Source: Adineta vaga (taxonomy: Eukaryota > Animalia > Rotifera). From it: a stretch of DNA of 64,000 bases. The DNA is taken from NCBI GenBank assembly GCA_021613535.1, contig CP075494.1, positions 9,300,001-9,364,000 on the forward strand, in the 5' to 3' direction. A program made the position numbers and the translations under genes. Shown piece by piece: positions 41,501 to 54,074 of the stretch. The first letter of the stretch is position 1. Each line of letters opens with the position of its first letter. The notes beneath the pieces were generated by a model. That model was given only the letters and a program-made list of their open reading frames with translations. It ran no database searches and was not told the origin of the DNA.

Positions 41501-41996
41501 TATCAAATTTGATCAAAAGTATTGAAGATCAAATCGAATCATCGTTGAAATTAATTCACAAATTGGTTAGTAGGAAATTCATTCTTATTCATGCGAAAAT
41601 ATATCTTCGAAAGTTCTTTTTTCTTGTACTACTGTATTGAATATTCTGTCGATATGTTTGTTAAATATTACAACGATTGAGTTTCGTAATTATCCTCATG
41701 AATTACTCTATGCATAGAATTTATTTTAGACTGGTGGCTGCAATAATGATAAACGACCTCGTTCACCTTCATTATCATCTCCTAACAATACGAAACGTAC
41801 TTCTTCATTGTTCAATCCAGTGGTTACTTCATCACCGAACGTTCTTCAAGATCGAACAAATCAGATGACTGCTAACAATGACAATAATAATAACAACAAC
41901 AACAATCGATCAGGCTTGAAAGGCATCAAACGAAAATTGAATTCACAACGTTATACAACACTTGATTTTGAAAATGATCCAGATGATTATTTCTAG
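38592..41996 (+). CDS. NCAPG: Divergent condensin I subunit CAP-G-like HEAT-repeat protein
   Basis: Long helical protein with STFIDVLLVHG and FGLMKLLLSSR..LLKLILDY..EITAFFYFF, resembling the Cnd3/CAP-G C-terminal domain. Basic SP-rich tail. Confidence 0.6.
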
Positions 41997-42925
41997 TCGT
42001 AGATTTCTTTTTTATATGATTTAATTCAGATGTTTTTGTATGTTCTTATCTTATCCTGATGTTATCTTTTGAAACTTATAGTAATTAAATACAATTAGAA
42101 TTGATGTGATATATTTGTTGTTGAAAAGTTGATGAGATTTGGAACACGAGAATGTGAATGCGGTTAGAACTTAGGATGCCCTAAGCTCATGTCATATCAT
42201 GTCATTCTAATAGTCATAAAGTAATTTGTACGTCAGAGTTATCTTTTCTATTATCGTTCTTGTCATTGTTTTTGAAGGTCATATTACCAAGGTCACTTTG
42301 TCATGTATGATGATCATTACCTTTTTTCGAAGCTAATTCTAAGAAATCGCGTTCAATAATGAAATACATGGATGTAGGAGAGTAAAGGTAAAATGTCTGC
42401 TTTAAGTTTTCTAATAGAATATAATGAGTATTTAACTAACTTGAACTATACAGCTAAAACGTGTCTTTCATTTTGTTGTTTTAAACTCAAAGATTTTAAA
42501 GATTCCATTTCCAGATTTATTTCATTTCATAGATGAAAATACTTAATTACACGCGTAAAATTACATATTTTGATTATAATAATAAAAGATAGGATTTCTC
42601 ATTGAATATCGTTTTCTTTCTCTAACTTTATTTCCAAACGCAAATATATATATGTATATCAAGACAAAAAATAGATAAACATCAAAGGAAAGAAACAAGT
42701 ATATCGAAAGACATATACTTTAGAGAACAGAGGAGAATCAGAAAAAAGGTCACTCAGTTTGGACATGACTCATACATGTATATAGAAGAGAATTACGCAT
42801 GAATAAACTATTTAAAACGCACTTAGATATTGACATATACGTGGAGAACAAGTCGCTTGGCGTATACAAACATGTCAGCACCGATCTATACAATAATACA
42901 AAAGCTTATCACGATTGTTTGTTTT

Positions 42926-45900
42926 CTAAGGTGGTAAAAGCATGGCAGATTGTGTCGGTGGATTCATCCATGTTGTAGTTATTGTCGAGTTGTTTCCATC
43001 GATGATAGTTCCATTTACTGTCGACGATGGTGATGGATTAAATTGATTTTGTAAAGCTTGAGCAGTAATAAGTGCAGCCGTTGCAGCAACAACAGCTGTT
43101 TTTTTCACATCCAGTAATGATGTGGTTGTAGGATTGATAACATCAGGAGAAATGATTGTTGTATTGAATGCTTTGTCAATTGATTGTTCAACTCGGACAT
43201 AATCATTCTAGAAAGATAAATATAAACATATTATTTTCGCATGCTTTATAATAGAAATTATCTCAATCTAAATATTATATTACTTCATGGATTAGACCAA
43301 GTTCTAACAATTCTTTTGCAATACCATTTGGTGTTTCATCTTGTTCAATTTCTGCTGTCATATCACGTTGTAATCGATCTTGAAACTTAACACTAATCAG
43401 CAACTGAATAGTAATGACAAAAAGAAAAACATCAGTCTATTGTTCAAGTCATTCAATAGGAAATCATTTACCAAACATAAGCCAGTTTCTTTGGTTTTGA
43501 TTTTACATTGAATATCAATTATACGTCGATTCTCTTTCTCATCTGCAGGTGCAATCGATGGTATAGATGAATGATTAATATGATTTGCTGTTGTTGCTGA
43601 AATAGATTCTCGACGATGATGTTCAATATCATTGAGAATCGAAGTTGCTCTTTCATGATTTGTTGATAAAGTATTCGTATCATTTATATTATTCGCAAGA
43701 AATATCGATGGATCCGATATCGTTTGTACCGGTGTCTGTAGATCATTTTCAGTCATTGTCGATATTATTGATGAGAGAGAGGATGTGGATGATGCTAAAT
43801 TTTTCTCGGAAACATTCGTTCCTGTCGGAACAGTTAATGAACTTTGAGTAGGAAATAAAAGATGATAAGCTGTAATTGGATATAGACCATTTTGAACGTC
43901 TTCAAGTAATTTATCTAGGTCAAGAGATGGACAATCTTTGTAACTAAAAAATAATGAATAGAATGGATTTGAAGGAATCTATCTTAAATAATTATTTACG
44001 TGTATATCACTGGTTTAACACCTTCTCGTATTGATTCTGATTCTGCAAAGATCTGATCATTTGAAATGGGATGTACAATAGGAGAAACAAATGAACGATC
44101 GGGTTTTAATCCTTGAAAATCAAGATACATAGAAAGAAGACCTACATTGATAATGAATTTTCTTACGGATATCATCTGCCAATGAATGTACAGCAAGTAA
44201 TTTCAATGATGGAATTTCAAATAAGGCTGAATGAAAAAGTAATTCGCGTGCAGTTGGTCGTTTTGTTGGATCAGATTCCAGACATTTCAAAATGAGATCC
44301 TGTTAGAATAAGAAATTTCTATCTTTTTTTTTCGAAGAAATAACCAAATAACATACCTTTTGAAGAGGATTATCTAGGCCGTCAATAGCTTCAACCACAA
44401 CTTCATCAGTTACCGAATGTATATCACCATTACCACCAAGATCAAGATTGATCATCTAAATTTTTGAAAGTTTTAGAATTGAATAGAAACATTCAAGTGA
44501 AATTAGCACATGACAATCTTATCACTATATTGAACAATCAATTTACCTCAAGTGTAACCATTCCAAGTGAATATATATCAGCAGCTGTTGTAATATGACT
44601 TAATTCTAAAATTGAAATCAATATAAAATTTCTCATTTCTTTCCTTTTTCAAATATCTACAAACCTGCTTCGATTTCTGGTGCTTGAAAATGTAAATTCT
44701 TTGCTGCTGAATCTGAAAGACTTTTCACATGACGATGCAACACATCCGGAGCAACTAGAAAAATTATACAAGAAATTGTTAAATAAAATCGCAAATCAAA
44801 ACATATAATTAACAATCAAACATTTTGAATTAACTAATTCATTAGTGCAAAGAGCATTAAATATATAAATATATATATATATATATGAGAACAACAGAAG
44901 CACAAGAAAGAAAACGATATGAAAACAATTAGACCTACCGATGCCCACATCAGCAAATGCTTTCAACTGAGGAAAGTGAACTATAGATATACATAAGGGA
45001 GAGCAGTTTTTTAGTTATAATCTAATAGATGTTAAAAAAAAAGAATAATTTGAAACGAGTTAACTTACTTGATCCAATCTTTACAAGACCGGTATTTTGA
45101 ATAAATATAGTATCACAAGTAAGATTGCCGTGTACAATGGGTTCTTCGCAAGAATGTAAATAACTGGGAAAAAAAGAAAAAGAAAACATAACATTTCCAT
45201 TGATTTATGAGTGATCAATAGATTGTAAATGAATGTCGTCTTGATACGAACACTCTATCTATCTCGAGATTGCATTCCATTACTTTGTTTATAAGTCTTT
45301 AGAAAAGCTTTCAATTCTAATGTCTTATTTCTAAGATTTTCTTCTCCGTAAAAAGCTTTTCAATATGACTTTTATTATATCAAATTTCGTCAATTTAACT
45401 TGAGATATTTCGAACATTATTTTCATACTTAAGTGCTGATAATAATTGAATGCACCAACGTCTCCAGGAATTTTTCGATAGATTTTGTTTTGTTTTCTTT
45501 GTTTTACGTAAAAAATGTTTTAACGATCCACTTGACATGTATTCCGTTATAAAAACGACCTAAAATTCCATAAAAAAAACACAGAAAATAAGACAAATCT
45601 GAAAAATTTTCTTTACACGAGGGCGATCATCATTCACTGTTCGATCTTGCCAATAATCATGAAATTTCACAATATTCATATGATTTAATTCGATTAATTT
45701 ATCAAAAACTTCTCGAATTTTATTCTAAAAAAATCAATATAAAGAAAACATATTTCAATTTAACAAAGATATTTTACATGTTGTATGTCAGTTATTTTTC
45801 TTTCAGAAAATAAAACTTCATTCCAAACAACTTCCACACCTTCTTCAGTATCCATAGCTAAATAGGATGCATCAATACCAGGAATATCACGTTGAGAGAC

Positions 45901-46146
45901 CTGAACGATAAATATTTGTATGAAAATATTGATTCAATTTGAAATACAAACGGTTTCACGTCGTTTTTGCCATCGTGAACACGGACTTGATTCGATATAA
46001 ACTGGTTCATCTTCTTCTTCATCATCTGTTTCAGCTGGATGTTTATTTGATCCACTATTCGTTGTTGTTTCACTGGTAACACCGACCTCTTTATTCTAAT
46101 TAAAATAAACAAATTCATTTTAATTAATCGACTAGACCCTGGACAT
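42926..46146 (-). CDS. NRBP1: Nuclear receptor-binding protein (NRBP/Madm pseudokinase)
   Basis: ESSPCSRWQKRRE, YLAMDTEEGVEVVWNEV, FITEYMSSGSLK, IVHGNLTCDTIFIQ, LFIQPYLKFHHL. Confidence 0.95.
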
Positions 46147-48029
46147 ATCTTTTAGATAATCAAAAGGACTATTCTTCTTACCTCTTCTTCCATTGTTACT
46201 ATTTCGTCTTTTTCCTGATTCATTGTTTATATATAGAGAACATGATTGATAGTGAAGGCAATTTTTTTGTTCGTCGAGGAAGTTAAAGCAAGGAAAACAT
46301 ATAATAAGGAAAGAAAAAAAATGTCGTTGTTTTTTTTTATGTGTTGATTTTTCGAAGTCGTTTTTTATATTCACGAATCCTTTTTTTGTTCGTCTATAAG
46401 GATGGGTAATAAATGTAACAAAATGAGATTCGTCAACACTTCTATCAAAACTGGACATAAATAATGCAGAAAAAAACACGAGAAAAACAGATACGACGAT
46501 AATGATCGAATAGCAATACACTTTATTAACTACATTGGTAGGGGGCGTACAAGTAGGAGAAGATTATTTAGAGAAAATGGTAGATTTGTCAGACTGATGG
46601 AAATGAAGTGATTTTCTTTTTATCTATCGTAGAATTTATAATTTCATTTCGAAACTCGAAAAATTTTTTCTATAAATCATATTTATATGCATATTTTCTC
46701 CCATTAGATACTAGCGAAAATATTGCTGTTGCTTTCATTAGTTTATTTTAAGAGAAAAATATCGAATCATACCTGATGTAATAAAAATTGATTTCTTTTA
46801 TCAATCATTGTCATTGTTGTTGATGATATTCATTTTGTTGTAAACTATAATAAACACATAAGATGATTCTCAATGTCATAACCTTTTCGTCGACCAACAT
46901 TTTAATTCTAATCAAAATAACACACGTACAAAAAAAAGGTGCTGAATCGAATACAAATGAATGAAATAAAGATACTATATAGATATTTAATTTACTATTT
47001 CTATATTTAAAGAAAAAAGAAAAGAAAAGAAAAGAAAAAAACATTAGTATTCTTCCACTGCATATGATTTTCATTCAAGCATACTCAATAAACATATGTT
47101 GCCGTCGTTTTCTGTTAGATTATATTTTGATTAAGAATCTATTCGTTAGTTGCAAATTGTAATCGTGTCAATTACGAAACGAAATATCACCAATGAGATC
47201 ATATTTGTTTACCTGTTCTCCTCTACGAAGATTAGAATTTATTTTATGAAATGCTATATACATACACCCCAACCTATATGGTAAATATTTTGACATAAAA
47301 AAGAAATTGATGTACCGATGCATTGTAAACTATGTCAAACATGTTAAGTGTAAATAAAACATTAGACATGAGAAATAATAAAGCAGAAAAATGAAAACAA
47401 GTTTTAATATGCTGTTATCATTTGCATTCTTGTTGAAATCATGGATTCTTTATATTGAAGAATGCTTTTCACACACAATTTTTTTGCGAAATATTGAGAA
47501 ATTAATATTGTCATTAAAATATATGATTTCATCATAAGGTATCTTCGTTTGGTATATATTAAAAAGTCATTAGTTAGTTTTCGAGTATGCCGAAAGGCTG
47601 CCGGACATTAATATAACCAAAGAAGTCTGCAAACTTAGAGCAGTTTCTCGGATAATTATGCGTTACACTATATTGTAGTTAAAGAGAATTTTCCGTGATG
47701 AAAATATTATATTATCAGGTACAAAACTCAAGCACTCGTTTGATTTCTCAAATCATTCAATAGATGTCAGTACGGTTCGGGTCTATCTGTTAATAGTTAT
47801 TATATACATTTTTGTGAAAATAATCGATATCATTATTGAAATAAATAATTTCATCATTGAGATTAACTTGTATTAGTTCCAAAGTGTTGTTTAATAAAAT
47901 GAGGTTGTATCCAACACAACCAACAAGTTGAATGGTATGAATTACAAATTTCTTATTCAACTTCTCTTCAATTCAAACATTGTATTGCATTGATCTTTTA
48001 CAAATCATCTGATATAACAAAATCTCATC

Positions 48030-48980
48030 ATGGTAAGATTAACTGTTCTCGATAGAAAGTCATTCATGATAATTATTTAGGCAAAAGCAAGTATGACAAC
48101 AAAGGAAGCTTTAGGAAAATGGGTAAGTTCATTTGTTACAAAACTAAAGAAAATAATTTCATTTTTTAGGAAGAAAAAAATCAACAAAAAGCTTCGGAAG
48201 CGAAAGAAGTGTTACTCTATGGACAATTTCCACCAATTGATAAAATGGATGCTTCAATTTCGACTTTAGCTGCTTGCGAGTAAGAATCTAAACAAAAAAA
48301 CTTTCATTCGATATGTTTTGTGATCTTTTTTTTATAGAAAACTATCGTTATCAACAAATATGATTGAAAAAATTGCTAATCTAAATGGTTTAAGTAAGAT
48401 TATTTGAAATAAAAGATTACTTTTTGAAAAGAGAATCTTATGTAGAAAATTTAAAAATTCTTTCTCTTGGTCGAAATTTAATCAAAAATCTTGTTGGTTT
48501 GGTAAGTAATATTCTTCATGTTCTATCATCTTCATCGAAAAAACATTCGTATAGGAAGCTGTTAGTGACACGTTGGAAGAATTATGGATATCTTATAATC
48601 AAATTGAAAAATTAAAAGGTATTGGTGGTATGAAAAAATTACGAGTACTCTATATGAGTAATAATATTGTCAAGGAATGGGCAGAATTTCAAAAATTAGT
48701 AAGAAAACGATTCTGTTTGAAGAAAATGAAGGTTTTCTTTTTGAATTTCATAGGCAGAATTACAAACACTTCAAGAGTTAGTTTTCTGTGGAAATCCATT
48801 ACATGAAACATTTCTGGAAAATAATGATGGAAAACAAGAAATTTGGCAAGCAGAAGTTCAAAAACGTTTAAAATCATTGAGAAAACTTGATGGTAAGAGA
48901 GATTTTTTTGTCAATTTATGATATAAAACTGGTTTTTATTAGGTTTACACATTATTCGTGAACAAGAAGGTGGTGAATAA
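48030..48980 (+). CDS. DNAL1: Dynein axonemal light chain 1 (LRR)
   Basis: [63 protein letters not shown]. Confidence 0.96.
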
Positions 48981-49522
48981 AACATGACTGGATTAGACAG
49001 AATATTTTTGAATTAATCTATGTTTCTATATGTTTTTTTTTCCGAAATAAATTCAACATTTCTTTTTACTCATTTCACGAAAAGATTTTCGAAGAAAACT
49101 CATGGAAATGATATGAATAAAATCTTTCTATCAAATCAGGACGAATTACAGATGTTTTCGCCGACTGATGAAAATGTCGATTGTTGATTCTTTCTGTTTT
49201 TTATTATCAATAAAAGAAATAAAAATAACAACTAAAATGTCATCTCTAGTGTGAGTCACAAAGATGATCTCTATCTTGAAGGGAAAGCAGTATAAATAGG
49301 AGAAAAAAAGGAAGACATCAAACTTCTGTTTATATCCTTCTCATTATTTATTGCGAGAGATAAGATCCTATTTTTTATCATTAATTGGACAGAAATAGAA
49401 GGAAAGACGCCGACGGGTAATATATGATATATGTACATATAAATATGCACTGATGTCGATGCTTGACAAATAGTTGTCTTAGATCCGTCGTTTGTAAGCG
49501 TACAAAGTTAGTCAGAAGAAAA

Positions 49523-50446
49523 ATGCTTGCCCATATTCAATTTGCACTTGTTGCTTCCTTCGTCATTCTTTCGCAAGTTTCAAGTCAACATCAACACCCT
49601 CAAAAGATTACTTGTTATACACAATTTAATTCTGAAGAAACTAGAATTGAATCATCAAATGCTGTTTTGAATTACCATTATCATCAAACTACAACGACGC
49701 AATATCAAACTTCGGAGAATGAATACTGTTCCAATGTTGGTTGTGTTTGTTTCAGTTATCAAGCGGTTTGTAGAACCGCATCAGCTGGTTCAAATCATGT
49801 TTCACAATGTACCGATGCTGATCGACATAGTGGAACGATGAAATGGCATCGTGGATGGGCATCGATTGCTAAATGTGAAGAAATGCGTCAACAACCTCAT
49901 ACTTATCATAATTTAACATGTTGTAATACAGATCGATGTAATAATCAACCTGGAAAAGTAGTAAAAATGGTAAATACACCAAAACTAATTTCACCGAATG
50001 AACTCTTCGGTGATCAATTTGAACCACCACGGTATGACTCTGATAATAATCCACTTCCACAACGTTATGACTCCTATGGTCATCCATCCCCACAACCAAT
50101 GATCAATCCTTATAAGCCTCAACAACACAATCATGATACTAATGATTATTATCCTCGACCACAACCACAGTATGATACTCATTCTCAACATCATCACTAT
50201 CAATCATCATCCAGTTCGTATACAACAACGAAAACAACAACAACAATAGCATCAACCCCAAGACCAGTATATAATACTCGTGCACACTATTCAACTACAA
50301 CACGTTTCTCCGATATATATAAACCTAATGAAGCTTATGACAAATCTTTATCATCAAATACATCGTCATTGTTCAGATCTTTTTCGAATCGGATGATCAT
50401 TTTCTTGTTGATCTCTTATCTTTGTAATATAGTGCGATTTCATTGA
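49523..50446 (+). CDS. Secreted, probably GPI-anchored Ly6/three-finger-like protein with a low-complexity stalk, intronless
   Basis: Signal peptide MLAHIQFALV.., 10 Cys ending in CCNTDRCNN, a P/Q/H/Y- then Thr-rich stalk and a hydrophobic C-terminus. Confidence 0.75.
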   Translation: MLAHIQFALVASFVILSQVSSQHQHPQKITCYTQFNSEETRIESSNAVLNYHYHQTTTTQYQTSENEYCSNVGCVCFSYQAVCRTASAGSNHVSQCTDADRHSGTMKWHRGWASIAKCEEMRQQPHTYHNLTCCNTDRCNNQPGKVVKMVNTPKLISPNELFGDQFEPPRYDSDNNPLPQRYDSYGHPSPQPMINPYKPQQHNHDTNDYYPRPQPQYDTHSQHHHYQSSSSSYTTTKTTTTIASTPRPVYNTRAHYSTTTRFSDIYKPNEAYDKSLSSNTSSLFRSFSNRMIIFLLISYLCNIVRFH

Positions 50447-50855
50447 AAATCATTCAATGACTTCAATATCTCTTTATTTACCTTAAAGATAGACTTTTCT
50501 TTGTAGTAGTACATGTCGTTTTCAATCATATGTAATTTGCTTTTAACCTTTGAATAAAATCATGAACATTTAATAAGAATATTTATTTTTGATATTTGTA
50601 AGTTATTAATATAAAGATAGAGTATGACAAAATCAGATGCAGTGCAGTGCAGTCTGTGTTGTGTTGTGTTGTGTTGTATTGACTGACTTTAAATACATGC
50701 TCAGTACTATTTGTCTATAGATACAACCAATGAAATTCGTTCTATAAGTTTTCTCTCATTTTGTTGTTTTTTGTTTTCATGACTAGCTAGAAAAATATAC
50801 TGAGCAAACGAAAAAAAAAACAGTGGCTTGGAATACAAACCTCATTTTCTTCATT

Positions 50856-52363
50856 ATGACATTTGGTCTCGCTTGCTTTGGAACGATAATCTATCGTTCA
50901 ATGTCAAGAGTTTCTCCGTACGCTAATGATATGATAAAATCAAATGATTCGATGGATTAAGATCGCTTGTTCCTTTAGATCAATATCTCAAATCGAGAAA
51001 AGACCACTGAAGTCAATTAAAATGAATAAACCATCGGCAATTATACCTGCGACCGATAAACATACAGCTAGTGTAAATTCTTTTGAAAACCAAACAGTCA
51101 ATAATCTATTGAAGAATATTTTTAGCTGATCTTCTTGCACGGACTCGGTGATGTTGGGTAAGAAAATAGTGAGCTTTCTCGATATTGCAGTTGAATGTAT
51201 CTTCAGACTGTTGAAGAATAACGATTCAGTATCATACGTATGATTTTTATGTTTATAGAGAAAGTTGGCTTGAAGCCTTTCACATGTACAATATTCCCAA
51301 AGCTGCTCGGCATGTTAAGTTTATTTTTCCAACAGCGTAAGTCATGAATAGATCTGATAATTATATTCATATAACCTTTTTACTTTGTCAATAGTCCAAT
51401 TCGAAAGATTACATTAAATAATGGAATGCCAATGACTGGTTGTAAGTTAATATTAGTAGATACAAATCTTTTTCAATTGTGTTCATATATTGATCAAGGG
51501 TTTGATGCATTTGGTTTGAATCGTAGTGTACAAGAAGATCAAGATGGAATATTGGAAGCATCAAAATATTGTATATATACTTCATCTTTATTTAGTTTTC
51601 TTTATCATCTCAATTTTATTTTCATAGTGAACGATCTTGTAGAAGACGAAATGAAAAATGGAATTTCGTCAGAACGAATTGTATGTCAATAATGATTCAT
51701 GACAATTAACGTTCACTTCTTTAATTCATAGATAATCGGTGGTTTTTCACAGTAGGATTTCGACTGAATTCTACATATTTTTCTAATGACAATATCAATT
51801 TTGTAGAGGAGGTGCAGCTACACTTCATACTGGTAGGAAACATATATTCTAATTATTTTTCTTATTCCTTTATTGTCTCTTGTTTTAGCATTAACAACTT
51901 CTCATCTGTTAGCTGGTGTTTTAGCTCTATCAACATGGCTTCCATTATCGAAAACATTTCCGGATGTTCGTCTTTTGTCCTTGATTATTTTCTTGTAAGA
52001 GATTCTTTCTTTTTGAAGGCTCTTGTAGCTGGTGATAAAAAGCGAAATGTACCCATTCTTCAATGTCATGGTTAGTATAAGAATATCTCTTACATGCAAA
52101 TTATTCTTGTTTTAAAATAGGCAACCGTGATCCAGTAGTAGAAATACAATGGGGTCGTATGACTGAAGAACTTTTTAAATCGATGGGATTTAAACAATAC
52201 GTTTTCAAAGAATATCCTGGAATGGTTCATTCATCTAGTGATGAAGTAACTATCACTAATTGATCATAATTCTGTTCTGAAATAAGTGTATTCTATTTAG
52301 GAAATTCGAGATATTGTTGAATTCATTCGAAAACATTTACCAAAGACAGACGATAAACTTTAA
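50856..52363 (+). CDS. LYPLA1: Acyl-protein thioesterase / lysophospholipase, copy 1 (start uncertain; N-terminal extension)
   Basis: LIFLHGLGD, GGFSQGGA (split by an intron), LQCHGNRDP and GMVHSS give an intact Ser-Asp-His triad. Confidence 0.9.
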
Positions 52364-52469
52364 ACTTGTGTTGTTTCTATTAAATTCATTTTTTATAATA
52401 GAAGAAAATTTACAACTTGTTTTGACATTACAAAATCGTTTTAGATCAACGGAAGATTAGAGTTATATA

Positions 52470-53833
52470 ATGAGTAAAGCACCTGCTGTTATTCCTGCAG
52501 CTGTGAAACAAACAGCTAGCGTAAGATTTTCTTCTTAGATGTGTATTTTATTTATTCATATGTGAATTTTTCTTTCTTATCATTTAGTTAATCTTTTTAC
52601 ATGGTCTCGGCGATGTTGGGTAAGTCGATAACAGTTCAGATTAGACGAAAGTACAACTTAACTAGACTTTCTCAAAAATACAATCGAAATAGAATATAAC
52701 TTTTCTCGTTCGATTTACTTTAGAACAAGTTGGCTTGAAGCATTTAACATGTATCGAATTTCAAAAGCAGCTCCACATGTTAAATTTATATTTCCTAATG
52801 CGTAAGTTGAGGAACAATTCTATTTTGACATAATTCTCTGTCTCTTTCATAGTCCAATTCAAAGAGTTACATTAAATATGGGAATGCCAATGCCTACTTG
52901 TAAGTTCTTTTAATAATTTCCTTACTTTTATCTATACATCAATTCTTTCTATGATATTAGGGTTTGATATAACTGGTCTCGATCAAAGTGCCAAAGAAGA
53001 TCAAGAAGGCATCGAAAAATCATCTAAACTTTGTAATAAATTGCATTGATAAATATTAATTTTATCTGATTGTTTTCACTTTTAGTAAAAGATCTCGTGG
53101 AAGAAGAAATCAAAAATGGTATTGCACCAGAACATGTCGTAAGTGACTATACTTAACTCAATTCTCTTTGTTAATATTGACTTCTTTCTTCTTAGATTGT
53201 TGGTGGCTTTTCAATGTGAGTTTATATTTAAGTACGTCTTCTACTTTCAACAAGAATATTGTTTGTGTTTCCAGGGGTGGCGCTGTCGCTCTTCATGCAG
53301 GTATATACAAATCTAGTTTCATGATTATTAAATATCTTGTTTCTCTAGCATTAACATCACCTCATACACTTGGTGGTGTTCTGGCTTTATCAACATGGCT
53401 TCCATTATCACCAACATTTCCTCAAGTATATATATATATCTGTGGTATTATAAATAAATAAAATAAACTTGTTTGCGTCTCCTAGGCACTTGTATCCGGT
53501 GATAAAAAGATGAACTTACCAATTCTTCAATGTCATGGTATGAATGAAACTAAATGAACAAAACATTACTCGAGTTTGTTGTTCTGTATAGGTGATAGTG
53601 ATCCAATGGTTCAATTACGATGGGCTCGTAAGACAGAAGAAGTAATTAAAGCTATGGGTTTCAAACAATATACATTTAAAGAATATCGAAATATGGGTCA
53701 TTCATCATGTGATCAGGTAGAAAAAAGAATTCTTTTATTATGAAAATCATTTTTCGTATGTCTATGTATTCTAATTTAGGAAATGGACGATGTAAGTTCA
53801 TTTATTGTCAAAAACTTACCAAAAACCGGTTGA
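52470..53833 (+). CDS. LYPLA1: Acyl-protein thioesterase / lysophospholipase, copy 2 (tandem paralog)
   Basis: LIFLHGLGD, GGFSMGGA, LQCHGDSDP, NMGHSS. Same intron positions as copy 1. Confidence 0.92.
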
Positions 53834-54074
53834 CTAATAAACTCTGAACTCTAAAGATTATTATTCGCATTTGCTTATTCTTGATTCATGTGTATGTCCT
53901 TCCATCTTGTCATTTAACTCATATAGAAAAAACTAACACATCTTACCATTCAAACATATTTATTGTACTAAATACTTTATTTATCTTTCTACATGGCTTT
54001 ATTCACAATAAGCACTACAATTGATAGATATTTCTAAAACAAACTATAGAATTTTAAATCTGACTACGAAACAT

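Noticed and set aside
47580-47790. GCCGAAAGGC GNRA hairpin and slightly GC-richer patch
   Set aside because: Too short; no RNA family or TE ends identified.
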